A stretch of DNA of 35,011 nucleotides from a virus (Duplodnaviria > Caudoviricetes): the IMG/VR virus record IMGVR_UViG_3300032314_000157, positions 1 through 35,011 of that record; one strand, given 5' to 3'. The notes beneath the pieces are model-generated. The model saw nothing but the letters and a program-made list of their open reading frames with translations. It was not told where the DNA came from and made no database searches. Numbering within the stretch: position 1 is the first letter of the stretch; the number at the start of each line of letters is the position of its first letter. The position numbers and the translations under genes were made by a program. Below, in pieces: positions 16,404 to 25,456 of the stretch.

Positions 16404-16891
16404 GCAACAGCGTTCAAATCAATGTTGAGGATGCGTTAGACAATCTTCTAGCGAACATCCCCAATCTGAATGTTTATAAGACTAATAGGGTGGGGGCAAA
16501 GCTATTCCCATTTGCCACAATCTCGGCATCGGTAGGGGGGCAACTCTTGGGAAACTATACAGGCGTTTATGAAGTCTCTGTTTCCGTGGACTACTCCGAC
16601 ACGGCGGCCAAGATAAGCCAAGAGAATTTTGATTCCACCTACTGCCAAATCTTCGAGGCGTTCTATTCTGAAACTCCACCCCTTTTTACCAAGATTCAAA
16701 ATAACATAGTCGATACAAAGGTCTATACGGCACGGATTACTGGCCAAACCCCAACGATTAGAACGGCTAAAAGGGCTTGGCAGAGGGGGTTGAATATGAG
16801 CCTTATTTGCACGCCATCAGAAACAAGCGATGGCTTGCGGTCTTTGAACTTCTTTCAAACGCAAAACTCGATGTATGTGGCAGTCATTTAA
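16400..16891 (+). CDS. Second neck/terminator-like protein, apparent paralog of 15987-16403
   Basis: VEDALDNL, FPFATI, GVYE, FY, ARITG...RAWQR parallel the previous gene; ATGA coupling. Confidence 0.5.
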   Translation: MSNSVQINVEDALDNLLANIPNLNVYKTNRVGAKLFPFATISASVGGQLLGNYTGVYEVSVSVDYSDTAAKISQENFDSTYCQIFEAFYSETPPLFTKIQNNIVDTKVYTARITGQTPTIRTAKRAWQRGLNMSLICTPSETSDGLRSLNFFQTQNSMYVAVI

Positions 16892-16907
16892 CAAGGGATA
16901 AGGCTAT

Positions 16908-17753
16908 ATGGCACTATCCATTTTAGACGGCAACCAATCAGCAACTACGCTCTCAACCATTCTCTCTAGTGGGCAACACATAACAGCCCATACGGTTGTT
17001 AGCCTTGGGACACAAGCAATTACAGATATGCGAAGTGCAGTAAGCGGAAGCGTTGTTACTGCCAACATAGGTGGGATTGCAAATAGCGTAACCCTACCAG
17101 TTCGTCTTTTTGCTGAAAAGTATGGGGAAAGCCCAAGCAATCAAGATACTCTAGTGGTTTGTAATTCTGATGGAATGCTTTTGGTGGATGCAAATGTTTC
17201 TGGGCAATCAGTTCTTGGATTTGATGGGAATGCCTTTGTTCAGGTTAAGCAAGTCTCTGGTTCATCTGTAACTATTGGAAACAGCGTAACCATCTCTTCC
17301 CTCCCCGCCATCTCTGGCACGGTCACGGCGAATATCGGGAATCCATCAGACATTATTGGCGGTGGATATAATAACCTAGAAGAATTTGCGGCAAGTGGCG
17401 GTATTCCAGTAAATCTTGAATCTAATTTTGTAAATAATGCCCTCCCCATCTCTGGCACAGTCACAGCAAATTCCTTCAATGGTGAATTAACTACTCGTTT
17501 TGGTTCTATCACAACTGCCAATACAGCTTTCTCGACAACAGCAGTTACCAATACTTCACGAAAGTATTTAATGATTCAGAATATAGCATCAACGGTTATT
17601 ACTGCTGGAATAGGCTTCACACCCACAACTACACAAGGCATTCAGATTGTTGCTGGTGCTACAATAACTTTTGATGGTAATTACATTCCAACTGGTGCAG
17701 TTCGTATTTTGTCCTCTGTTACTGCATCTAACTTTACTGTTTTAGAGGCGTAG
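16908..17753 (+). CDS. Low-complexity Ser/Thr/Val-rich fibre-like protein with ISGTVTAN repeats
   Basis: Repeats LPAISGTVTAN (17301-17333), LPISGTVTAN (17442-17471), SGSVVTAN; C-terminal RKYLMIQN domain. Confidence 0.6.
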   Translation: MALSILDGNQSATTLSTILSSGQHITAHTVVSLGTQAITDMRSAVSGSVVTANIGGIANSVTLPVRLFAEKYGESPSNQDTLVVCNSDGMLLVDANVSGQSVLGFDGNAFVQVKQVSGSSVTIGNSVTISSLPAISGTVTANIGNPSDIIGGGYNNLEEFAASGGIPVNLESNFVNNALPISGTVTANSFNGELTTRFGSITTANTAFSTTAVTNTSRKYLMIQNIASTVITAGIGFTPTTTQGIQIVAGATITFDGNYIPTGAVRILSSVTASNFTVLEA

Positions 17754-17762
17754 TTGGGCTTT

Positions 17763-17891
17763 ATGCCGCTTCTTTTGTTTGCGGTTTTCTTGTGTTCCTG
17801 CTCGCCAAGGCTAGTAGATCATAACAACCCCTTGCCAAACTACGAAATGATGCAAGCCGCCGAGGACGCAGGAAAGACACCGAGCAAATGA
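17763..17891 (+). CDS. Small putative lipoprotein (42 aa, MPLLLFAVFLCSCSPR...)
   Basis: Read manually; hydrophobic N-terminus with LCSC lipobox-like motif. Confidence 0.45.
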   Translation: MPLLLFAVFLCSCSPRLVDHNNPLPNYEMMQAAEDAGKTPSK

Positions 17892-18028
17892 AGTATCAAT
17901 ACACCTACGAGGACTTCGTGTCCTCTTTGAAATGGCTTTGTGATGAGGGATACATAGAGAAGTTCATAGATGAAGATGGTAATACTTGCGTCCGAATCTG
18001 TGAAGGAGCAGAGGATTGCGAGGTATGA
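17888..18028 (+). CDS. Small acidic protein (46 aa, MKYQYTYEDF...)
   Basis: Read manually; ATGA overlaps at both ends. Confidence 0.55.
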   Translation: MKYQYTYEDFVSSLKWLCDEGYIEKFIDEDGNTCVRICEGAEDCEV

Positions 18029-18279
18029 GTGCAGACCAAGTTGCTGACCTCCGAGAGAGACTCGCAAGAATTGAAGAGAGGCAGGTGGGCTTAATTTCGA
18101 TTTTAGAGCGTCACACTAGCGAAATAGCCGAATGGACTAGCAGAATGAACGGCAAGGTGGACACCCTAGAAAGGGATGCTCATACTATCAAAACTAAGCT
18201 ATGGCTAGTCGCCCTAGTGTCGGGGGCGGTCTTTTCTACAATCTGGGAACTCATAAAGGTGCGGGTGTTCCCACGATAA
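18025..18279 (+). CDS. Coiled-coil + C-terminal TM protein (XhlA/holin-like)
   Basis: LRERLARIEERQ coiled coil then LWLVALVSGAVFSTIW. Confidence 0.55.
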   Translation: MSADQVADLRERLARIEERQVGLISILERHTSEIAEWTSRMNGKVDTLERDAHTIKTKLWLVALVSGAVFSTIWELIKVRVFPR

Positions 18280-18336
18280 TTTGACACAAGCAAAGGAGAT
18301 TATGAAAAACACACTTTCTAACGAGGTTTCAATCTA

Positions 18337-18684
18337 ATGCCTGCCGTCAGTATTGGCACGGCTGGGTTATCGTTCGGCTTAACCGCAGAAGCTGGTATCG
18401 GACTGGTTCAGAGCTTTTCAGAGGCTCGTAATGTAGAGAAGAACGAAGTGAGAAATAATTCCGGGGATATAGTTGCCGTTGGATTTTTCAACGCCACGAC
18501 CTCTTACTCCCTATCGGTTGCTATTACTGGCTCGTACAATGTGACCGCAGGGGCGGCTCTTGCGGCCTTGGCGAATGCAACCACCCTTGGCACAACTCGC
18601 ATCGATTCCATCACGCTTAACAAGTCTAACGATGCGTTTGTGACCCTTGATATCTCGGCGACCGGCTATCCGAATGTAAGTTAA
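18337..18684 (+). CDS. Major tail (tube) protein, small type
   Basis: 115 aa; VQSFSE, EVRNNSGDIVAV, RIDSITLNKSNDAF; upstream of chaperone/TMP. Confidence 0.6.
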   Translation: MPAVSIGTAGLSFGLTAEAGIGLVQSFSEARNVEKNEVRNNSGDIVAVGFFNATTSYSLSVAITGSYNVTAGAALAALANATTLGTTRIDSITLNKSNDAFVTLDISATGYPNVS

Positions 18685-18719
18685 AGAGGTTCTAAACCTC
18701 TTAACGAAATCCTAAACTT

Positions 18720-19094
18720 ATGACCGAAGCCTACTGGGGAACGACTAATATAAAAGTGGCGAGTGCCGTTGCTTCGTTTGGTGCAAAGCCTCGCTCGCTC
18801 GACCCGGTAACAAGGACAATCAAAGAGGACGGAAGCACCCAAGCAACATTCTGGTTCGAGGCTGGGGCGGGGGCAGAGGCCAAAGCAGAAATGGAACGCC
18901 CTTGGTCAGAAATGAAAAGCGACCCAGAAAGCCCAATTCGCTATGTCCGTGCCGCCTTGGAGAACCGAGAAACATTCCTAGGATTGCTTAAAAGAGCCGT
19001 TCCAGTTCGGGTGATACAAAGGGGCGGGCAGACTTTACTTATATCAGAAAACGCAACCTCGGAGCAAAGAAGGGCAATCCTAAAGCATCTATGA
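18720..19094 (+). CDS. Hypothetical tail-region protein
   Basis: Clean ORF with GAAATCCT leader. Confidence 0.55.
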   Translation: MTEAYWGTTNIKVASAVASFGAKPRSLDPVTRTIKEDGSTQATFWFEAGAGAEAKAEMERPWSEMKSDPESPIRYVRAALENRETFLGLLKRAVPVRVIQRGGQTLLISENATSEQRRAILKHL

Positions 19095-19471
19095 GCATCT
19101 CACTAGAAGAAGAACTAAACTCGGCCTTTATCTCCCCAGAAAAGGAGTTTATGGGCGAGAAACTAGCCCCCTACACGGAAGGCTCAAGATTGCTCCTTTT
19201 GCAAGTAAGGGACGACGAGGATTCCTCAATCTATTTTATCTGGTCGTTTATCTATGTCCACATCCTCCTAGCCAAGAACAAGAAGGACGCAATCAAACTG
19301 GCTTGGAATAAGAACTTGTTTAGAGAGAAGATAATGGAATACATTGAAGGAAAGACAGAGGCAGATCGTGAAGTAGCCACCACAATCGTTTCCAAAATTT
19401 TAGACGAAGCCCAGAAGGGCAAAGTTGATGTTATCCCAGCCCCTCATCAGCCCGACTTGGGAAACGCCTAA
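19091..19471 (+). CDS. Tail assembly chaperone (gpG-like)
   Basis: Ends ...LGNA with GGGAAAC slippery heptamer. Confidence 0.7.
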   Translation: MSISLEEELNSAFISPEKEFMGEKLAPYTEGSRLLLLQVRDDEDSSIYFIWSFIYVHILLAKNKKDAIKLAWNKNLFREKIMEYIEGKTEADREVATTIVSKILDEAQKGKVDVIPAPHQPDLGNA

Positions 19472-19677
19472 CGCCAGCGGGAACAGCAAGCTTTGTGTTC
19501 TCGTTGGCAGAACGAACCGGGTGGAGCATAGATTACATCTTATGGGACATTCCTTTAGCCCTAATCACGCAAGCAACTCACACTTACCTATGGCAAAATG
19601 GGGTGAAGTGTAGGCGAGTGCTTACAGAGATTGGCGAGGATAGGGCAAACCTAGAGAGGTTATTAGGACTAGTTTAA
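19459..19677 (+). CDS. -1 frameshift extension of tail chaperone (gpGT-like)
   Basis: G GGA AAC at 19459-19465; -1 frame open to 19677 and encodes LAERTGWSIDYILWDIPL. Confidence 0.75.
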   Translation, partial: GKRLTPAGTASFVFSLAERTGWSIDYILWDIPLALITQATHTYLWQNGVKCRRVLTEIGEDRANLERLLGLV

Positions 19678-19693
19678 CACAAAGAAGAATCTT

Positions 19694-20470
19694 ATGGGCA
19701 ATTTCTTTAAGCTAGATGTGAGAGAATTTAATAGGACGATTGACCTATATCTTGACCTCACACGCCGAGACAGAATCAATGAGCTTAATCGTAGGGCGGC
19801 CAACATTTGTGCAAGGGCAAGCAAGCTGACGGATAAGGCAGACCCAGAAGAGATTTCCGATGATATGAAGGCAGTCGAAACTGTCACGGCTTCTTATGTT
19901 AAAACAACAAAGAAGAGGGGCGAATATGTTGCGTTAGGCAAGGGCGGCAAGACAACCCAGAAGCAATCAACTGTTAATTATATGGGGAGTAAAGAGGCTT
20001 TCAAGATTGCAAATTGGAGGCTTGCAAGAGGGAAAAGATTGGGGTTCTACAATAAGTTCCCAGCTAAACTAGCAGGGCCGGGTAAAGGCAAAAAGGGTGG
20101 AACAGCAAGCCAGTTCTACAATAAGTTTGTTAAACGAGCGAGGTCATCTGCTGGATATATAGCCGCCGGGTGGTTGCCTCCGTTCTATTATTTCAAAGGA
20201 AAAACCATTGGGAAAACAATTCAACCCGACAATGTTCTATTGAAGTTCTTTAGGGCATTAAAAGGAAGTGCTGGGTTGGGATATGGGATTGATAATGTTT
20301 TTGCGGCTGGGGATATCGTTAAGGCAGTATTTGTTAATGCGGCGGCTGGGGTTGCAAAGATCGGGCCTCGTGCCTTGCAGAACGCAATCAATGAAGAAGA
20401 GGCAGATATGAAGGTAAAGATTGCACAAGAACAGCAGAAGATTGCTGACAAGGCCAATAGGACAAGGTAA
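19694..20470 (+). CDS. Basic tail-completion/neck protein (HK97 gp10-like, tentative)
   Basis: LDVREFNRTI, SAGYIAAGW, ALQNAINEE; very Lys-rich. Confidence 0.45.
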   Translation: MGNFFKLDVREFNRTIDLYLDLTRRDRINELNRRAANICARASKLTDKADPEEISDDMKAVETVTASYVKTTKKRGEYVALGKGGKTTQKQSTVNYMGSKEAFKIANWRLARGKRLGFYNKFPAKLAGPGKGKKGGTASQFYNKFVKRARSSAGYIAAGWLPPFYYFKGKTIGKTIQPDNVLLKFFRALKGSAGLGYGIDNVFAAGDIVKAVFVNAAAGVAKIGPRALQNAINEEEADMKVKIAQEQQKIADKANRTR

Positions 20471-20475
20471 TATAT

Positions 20476-21765
20476 ATGGCTTTTGTATTAAAAGGAGAGA
20501 TCGAGATTGATGGCAGTAAAGCCACGACTGGATTGCGAGGAGTCCAAAAAGAAGCTACAAAGACGGCCAATACATTCAAGCAATCTGACGCATCGGCTCA
20601 AAAGCTAGGCAAGACGCTTGTAAGCCTTGGCCTTAATGCGAGCAAGGCGGGAACATCCCTTGGGATGTTGGCTAGGCTTGGGACTGGTGGAATCTTTGGG
20701 TATGCGGTAATCGGCTCGATGAATAAGTTTGGGGATGCCGTCAAGCAAGCCTCGACTGACTACTATTCAGCACAGAAAGACCTAGCTTCCGCATTTGAAA
20801 CATCATTCAAAAGCACGAGCGTTGAGCAAGCCAGAGCAGGGGTTGAGAAAACCCAAGACACAATCGAATCCCTGCGAGGAAAGATTACGCAATTAGGGGC
20901 TACTGGCGGGATTATCAAAGCTCTTGAGAAATTTACTGGCATCAATTTGGGCGTTGGGGATACGGAAAGAGCCTTGGCTCAAGCCCAAAACCAGCTTCTT
21001 GTCCAAGAAGAAATCGTCAAGCTAAAGCAAGCAGAACTGAAATTCACAGAAGGAGTGCAAGCGGAAACAAGGGCAGTCGTTATGCAGTCCAAAATAAACC
21101 AAGAAAATCTTAAGGCCGAGGCAGAAATATATGGACTGCAAGATTTAGGGGTAAAGCTCGCAACAGAAGAACTTAAACAAACCAATGCAATCTATGATGA
21201 AAATTCTCGCATTCTGAATCAGCTAATTGAAACCAATAGAGAGGAAAGCAATAAAGAGGCAATTAAAGAAAGGCAGATTAAAAAAGCTGAATTAGAGTTT
21301 AACATCCTAAAGGCGAATCTCAATGTCCAGAAGGAGCAGACAAGACTCCAAGAGAAACAATCCAAGCAAGCACAAGAAGCCGGCGGCGGGTTGTTGGGTG
21401 CTAGTAGGGGCGGGCAAATTGCCCTAGACACGGCAAGAAAGCAAAGGGCGAGGGAAGTTAAGGGGGAGGATTTTAAGACACAAGAGCGAGTGTTTGGAAG
21501 TATGCGTGATGAGGAAAACAAGAAAAGGTCGGCACAAGGACTACCGCCTCTTACGGCTCAAGATATGAGAGTTCGAGTAGCCCAGCAACAAGCCGCAGGG
21601 GAGATGCCGTCATTGGCCAATAGATTACAAGCTGGTGCTGGTGGGGTTAGTGCAGAACAATCGGCCAGAGAGGGTGCTGGTGGTGGGGCAGAGCAAACCG
21701 AAGCACTCATTAAAGCAGTTCAAGCCCTAGTAGACACAATGAAATCTGGAACAATGGTAAAATAA
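20476..21765 (+). CDS. Tape measure protein (short, 429 aa)
   Basis: Ala/Gly/Gln-rich helical protein after chaperones; N-terminal GEIEIDGS...GLRGV. Confidence 0.8.
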   Translation: MAFVLKGEIEIDGSKATTGLRGVQKEATKTANTFKQSDASAQKLGKTLVSLGLNASKAGTSLGMLARLGTGGIFGYAVIGSMNKFGDAVKQASTDYYSAQKDLASAFETSFKSTSVEQARAGVEKTQDTIESLRGKITQLGATGGIIKALEKFTGINLGVGDTERALAQAQNQLLVQEEIVKLKQAELKFTEGVQAETRAVVMQSKINQENLKAEAEIYGLQDLGVKLATEELKQTNAIYDENSRILNQLIETNREESNKEAIKERQIKKAELEFNILKANLNVQKEQTRLQEKQSKQAQEAGGGLLGASRGGQIALDTARKQRAREVKGEDFKTQERVFGSMRDEENKKRSAQGLPPLTAQDMRVRVAQQQAAGEMPSLANRLQAGAGGVSAEQSAREGAGGGAEQTEALIKAVQALVDTMKSGTMVK

Positions 21766-21766
21766 T

Positions 21767-22420
21767 ATGGCAAGCGTAATTATCGGAAACTCAATCGGGG
21801 CAACCAACACCTCAAAGGTTCTGCAAAGGCAGAACTTCAACAAAGAGCCTAACGGCCTAGAGATAATCATCGAGTCTTACGCAATCGCAACAGCAAACAG
21901 AGACACGATTGTTCCAGAAAAGGACACGCTTCATTCTGCATTCTCATCTTCTGCAAAAAAATACTCTCGAATGATTGTGGAATCCGTAACCACCGAGGAG
22001 CAAGATGGCGGAATAACTCAAATGCTTGTTACTTTTGTTGGGCTAACCGCATCGACTGGTCTGCCCCCAGCTATTGTCCGTCTAATCCCGACACCGGGAG
22101 TAGGGATTTATGGAGCACCCCTCATCATTGAGGCAGAGTTTATCACAGATGTAAGCGAGACGGATTTTATCCGTGGCAACATCCAAGGGACTTCATCAAT
22201 AAATTTAGGAAATGTTAGTTTTGGTTCGGTGAATCAAATGCCCCCATTTATCAATGGAACAAAAATGCCGTCCAACCCAAGAGAGCCATTCAAAAGCTCA
22301 AGCCGAGTGGCAATAGTAGAGTATTTTGGCTATTGCACCCAGTCGCATAGTTGCGAAAGAAGGGGACTATTTTTAGTTGCACGAACCACATACCAAGAAG
22401 TCGCAACTAGGTTCGGTTAA
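21767..22420 (+). CDS. Tail tip/distal tail protein (putative)
   Basis: Position immediately after TMP. Confidence 0.5.
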   Translation: MASVIIGNSIGATNTSKVLQRQNFNKEPNGLEIIIESYAIATANRDTIVPEKDTLHSAFSSSAKKYSRMIVESVTTEEQDGGITQMLVTFVGLTASTGLPPAIVRLIPTPGVGIYGAPLIIEAEFITDVSETDFIRGNIQGTSSINLGNVSFGSVNQMPPFINGTKMPSNPREPFKSSSRVAIVEYFGYCTQSHSCERRGLFLVARTTYQEVATRFG

Positions 22421-22433
22421 AATCTAGGTATTT

Positions 22434-22691
22434 ATGAGAGAGAATCAACTGACCGAGCTTCAAGGAACATCAATCCTTACAAAGTCATTCTTCAACAAGC
22501 TAATACGAAGGATTGAATGCACGAAGCCCATAGCTGGTTCTGGAATCACCATCAAAGAGCAAGAGAATGGATTTGAAATTTCTGGCGGAGTCGGAGTCGG
22601 AGGTGGGAGTGTTGATGGGTATTCTGCAATCACTCTGAATGTATGTTCAAATGGAACACCAGCCACAATCACGGTTCTTGGCAAGGCGTAG
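22434..22691 (+). CDS. Small tail protein
   Basis: FNKLIRRIE...PIAGSGI, LNVCSNG; position. Confidence 0.5.
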   Translation: MRENQLTELQGTSILTKSFFNKLIRRIECTKPIAGSGITIKEQENGFEISGGVGVGGGSVDGYSAITLNVCSNGTPATITVLGKA

Positions 22692-22714
22692 GATTGACAC
22701 AATAGGACACATAA

Positions 22715-24355
22715 ATGGCTCAATCTCTCGACATCTATATTGACACAACGAGTGGGACTCTCCTTGCCGCTGGGTCAGCTAGGAATGGAACGCTCCCGAC
22801 CCTTACCCGCAACGACTCCTACAATCTGCGAGTTCGCCTACAAGAGAGAGACACCGGGGGATTCCTTCGGGATTTAGATTTAACTGGTTCTTCAATTAAG
22901 CTAGGTATCGGCGGGATTGACGGAGACCCAACGGACGGACAATTCAAGCTAATTCTTAACAGCGTAACTTCAAACGCTATTTCTTTCAACGCAACTCCGC
23001 TCCAAGTCTATACAGCTATTTCTGGAATTGCTGGTACTGGCGTTACCGTAACAACCTATGGTAACGAGCAATTCGCCTATCTCATAACTTCCGCAACGCT
23101 CAACACGGCTATGTCCTTCGGGGGTTCTTCCTTTACCCTTTTCCCAACTAGCTCGGTTCTTGTAAGCACACGCAGATTCCCAGCTTCATCAGTTGCCGCA
23201 CAACAAGTTATTCGTTTGGTTCGCAATCCTGCGGTTTATTCGGACACATTTGTTGCGTCTCCTACCGCTGGGGTTGTCTCGCTTACAAAAGTTCAAGATG
23301 GTTCGGCTACGCAGAATGAAACTTACAACCTAGCGATTGGTTCTGATGCGGAGGGAGGCTCTGTAATTCTAAATTATGGAACTAACTCAACAACTGCTAT
23401 TCCAATAGGTTCAAGTGCAGTTAGTTTCCAAGAGGCTCTTACATCCATCACGGCGATTAGCAACGGAAACATAAGCGTAGATACTGGTAACAATGCTGGC
23501 AACTATTCCATTTCTTTTGTTCGTGACCTTGGCCTAACCAACATTACAACTGCTCTTACTCTTGATGCAAGTGGGGTTATCTTTGGGAGTTTTCTACAAA
23601 CGACCTGCACCCTTGCAACTGCTGAACTAGATGAGCTATTTGCCGAAGCTGGTGCAGATACCATCTCGCCAAAGATTGAGGTTGAGCTAACCCAAGGAGG
23701 AACACCCAAAACAGTTCTTCAAGCTGATGTTACAGTTCGCCGTGATTTGATTACGAGTGGTTCTGCCGTTCCCGCCTCACAAGCCAGCTATCTTACCGCC
23801 GCAGAAAGCTACGCCGCTTTTGTTCGCAACTCAACGACTGGTGTAAATTCAACGGCTAGAGGTCTTGCTGATTCTTCTGCCGTTACCTCTGTTAATTTTG
23901 GGGCAAGGACTCTTAATAATAACTCTGGAACGCAAGTAGTTTCTTATGGAACTGGATTGGCCTTTGCCAACACTCCTATGGGTTTCTATGGGGCAACTGT
24001 TACTGCCCAGCCCACAAACATTAATATTGTTTCTGGTCTTATCAATACTGGCCTATTTGCAAACGGTGCGACTTATGGAGTGTTTCCGCAATCTCCGAGA
24101 ACAGTTACGACTCTTACCTCGGTCACCTTTGGAACAGTAGGTGCAAACGATCAGCATTATCGTGATGTGACTATAAATGACGCAGCGGTGAATGATATTG
24201 TGCTTATTGGACTGCCTGCGGCCGTTTCAGCAGGGGCAGTAATTCAAGGCGTAGTTTATAAAGCGAACACCGTCTGTCTTTCTTGCGTCAATGCCGACAG
24301 CGTTTCTAGGGATGTAAATACCGCCACCTACCGAATCACCGTCATAGGTTATTAA
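22715..24355 (+). CDS. Tail fibre/baseplate protein
   Basis: 546 aa, very Thr/Ser/Gly/Ala-rich; internal duplicated unit (GQFKL..NSVTSNAISFNA / GSVILNYGTNSTTAIPIGS). Confidence 0.7.
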   Translation: MAQSLDIYIDTTSGTLLAAGSARNGTLPTLTRNDSYNLRVRLQERDTGGFLRDLDLTGSSIKLGIGGIDGDPTDGQFKLILNSVTSNAISFNATPLQVYTAISGIAGTGVTVTTYGNEQFAYLITSATLNTAMSFGGSSFTLFPTSSVLVSTRRFPASSVAAQQVIRLVRNPAVYSDTFVASPTAGVVSLTKVQDGSATQNETYNLAIGSDAEGGSVILNYGTNSTTAIPIGSSAVSFQEALTSITAISNGNISVDTGNNAGNYSISFVRDLGLTNITTALTLDASGVIFGSFLQTTCTLATAELDELFAEAGADTISPKIEVELTQGGTPKTVLQADVTVRRDLITSGSAVPASQASYLTAAESYAAFVRNSTTGVNSTARGLADSSAVTSVNFGARTLNNNSGTQVVSYGTGLAFANTPMGFYGATVTAQPTNINIVSGLINTGLFANGATYGVFPQSPRTVTTLTSVTFGTVGANDQHYRDVTINDAAVNDIVLIGLPAAVSAGAVIQGVVYKANTVCLSCVNADSVSRDVNTATYRITVIGY

Positions 24356-24384
24356 CGCAGGGCAAATGCCCTAACGAAATCCTT

Positions 24385-24831
24385 ATGGCTATATTGATAC
24401 CAGAAAGCCCTTGTGATGCTTGCGAGTGTTGTGTTCAGTATATGTATTATAGTTACTACGATGACTCTGCGTATGGGAATGTGAATTGCACAGCAGTTCC
24501 TTGTGGTGGAGGAGATTGCGACCCACCTCCTTGTTGTTGTGGTGCGTCAATATCTGGAACTATTTTAAGTCAAGAATACGACCAGAAGTGTTTTGATTTA
24601 CTTACTCCAAGAGCACTCATATATGCCAATTCCTACATAGACAACATTGGCTCTGTGGGTGGTGTTCAATTCTCACATACAGAATGTCAGTTAGGTTATC
24701 TTCCTGTTAATACAGAGGTTATTCCAGATATAGTTGGTAAAAAATTATCTCTTCCTTTTACGGTTTCAAATGACAGCACTTGCGGGCCTTATGGTCTTTA
24801 TGGTGTAAGCGTAAAATGGTATTTTAATTAA
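24385..24831 (+). CDS. Cys-rich tail-associated protein (13 Cys)
   Basis: PCDACECC, CTAVPCGGGDCDPPPCCC; AT-rich. Confidence 0.55.
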   Translation: MAILIPESPCDACECCVQYMYYSYYDDSAYGNVNCTAVPCGGGDCDPPPCCCGASISGTILSQEYDQKCFDLLTPRALIYANSYIDNIGSVGGVQFSHTECQLGYLPVNTEVIPDIVGKKLSLPFTVSNDSTCGPYGLYGVSVKWYFN

Positions 24832-25098
24832 ATGGGGATGCGTTTTAAAAGCCTAGAAGAATTGGCTCAGCATTCTCAAAGACCTAGTGCAGTTGCTATG
24901 GCTGGGAATCTTGGCAAGAGTCTAATAGAATGGTCTGCCTCTGGATTTAAGACTTGTGAAGGTGATGAATTAAGTAAAAGGCTAGATATTTGCTCATCTT
25001 GCGAATACTTAATAAACAATAGATGTCTTAAATGCGGGTGCTTTATTGAAGTAAAGACTCGCCTTGGAACAAGCAAGTGTCCTATTGGCAGGTGGTAG
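24832..25098 (+). CDS. Small Cys-rich metal-binding protein (DUF6171-like)
   Basis: RLDICSSC...RCLKCGCF..K......CPIGRW. Confidence 0.65.
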   Translation: MGMRFKSLEELAQHSQRPSAVAMAGNLGKSLIEWSASGFKTCEGDELSKRLDICSSCEYLINNRCLKCGCFIEVKTRLGTSKCPIGRW

Positions 25099-25120
25099 TC
25101 TTGACACTCCCTCCCTTCTT

Positions 25121-25291
25121 ATGAGCCAAATCTTAACCTTTATTCAGTCTCAAGATGTGTTTGCTTGGCTTGGAGCATTAACTACTGTGCTTACTGCTGT
25201 TATTGGAGTTGCCTCTTTGATTAAGGGTGACGAACCAGAAAAAACCTTGCAAAAGATTGTTGATTTTCTTTCTAAGTTTTCTAGGAAATAA
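25121..25291 (+). CDS. Putative holin
   Basis: One TM segment, basic C-terminus, first gene of lysis block; TTGACA 14 nt upstream. Confidence 0.55.
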   Translation: MSQILTFIQSQDVFAWLGALTTVLTAVIGVASLIKGDEPEKTLQKIVDFLSKFSRK

Positions 25292-25294
25292 AAG

Positions 25295-25456
25295 ATGTGG
25301 GAGGCCATTCTTGCCTCGCTTGCTGGTGTGATAGGAATTATTGCTTGGTGGACTAAAAATCGTGCAAAGACCCGCAAAGAAAGAGACGATGAAGAAATTG
25401 CTTATAAACGCCGTCTCCGTGATTCGGAAGTGGATTCTTGGATTCATCGCGGGTAG
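25295..25456 (+). CDS. Putative i-spanin (MWEAILASLAGVIGIIAWW...)
   Basis: Read manually; N-terminal TM then charged tail; overlaps lipoprotein gene. Confidence 0.55.
   Translation: MWEAILASLAGVIGIIAWWTKNRAKTRKERDDEEIAYKRRLRDSEVDSWIHRG

Noticed and set aside
19425-19613. 62-aa ORF as the frameshift partner of the chaperone
   Set aside because: It is the +1 frame; the GGGAAAC -1 slip leads into the 19459-19677 frame, which has the chaperone-like sequence.
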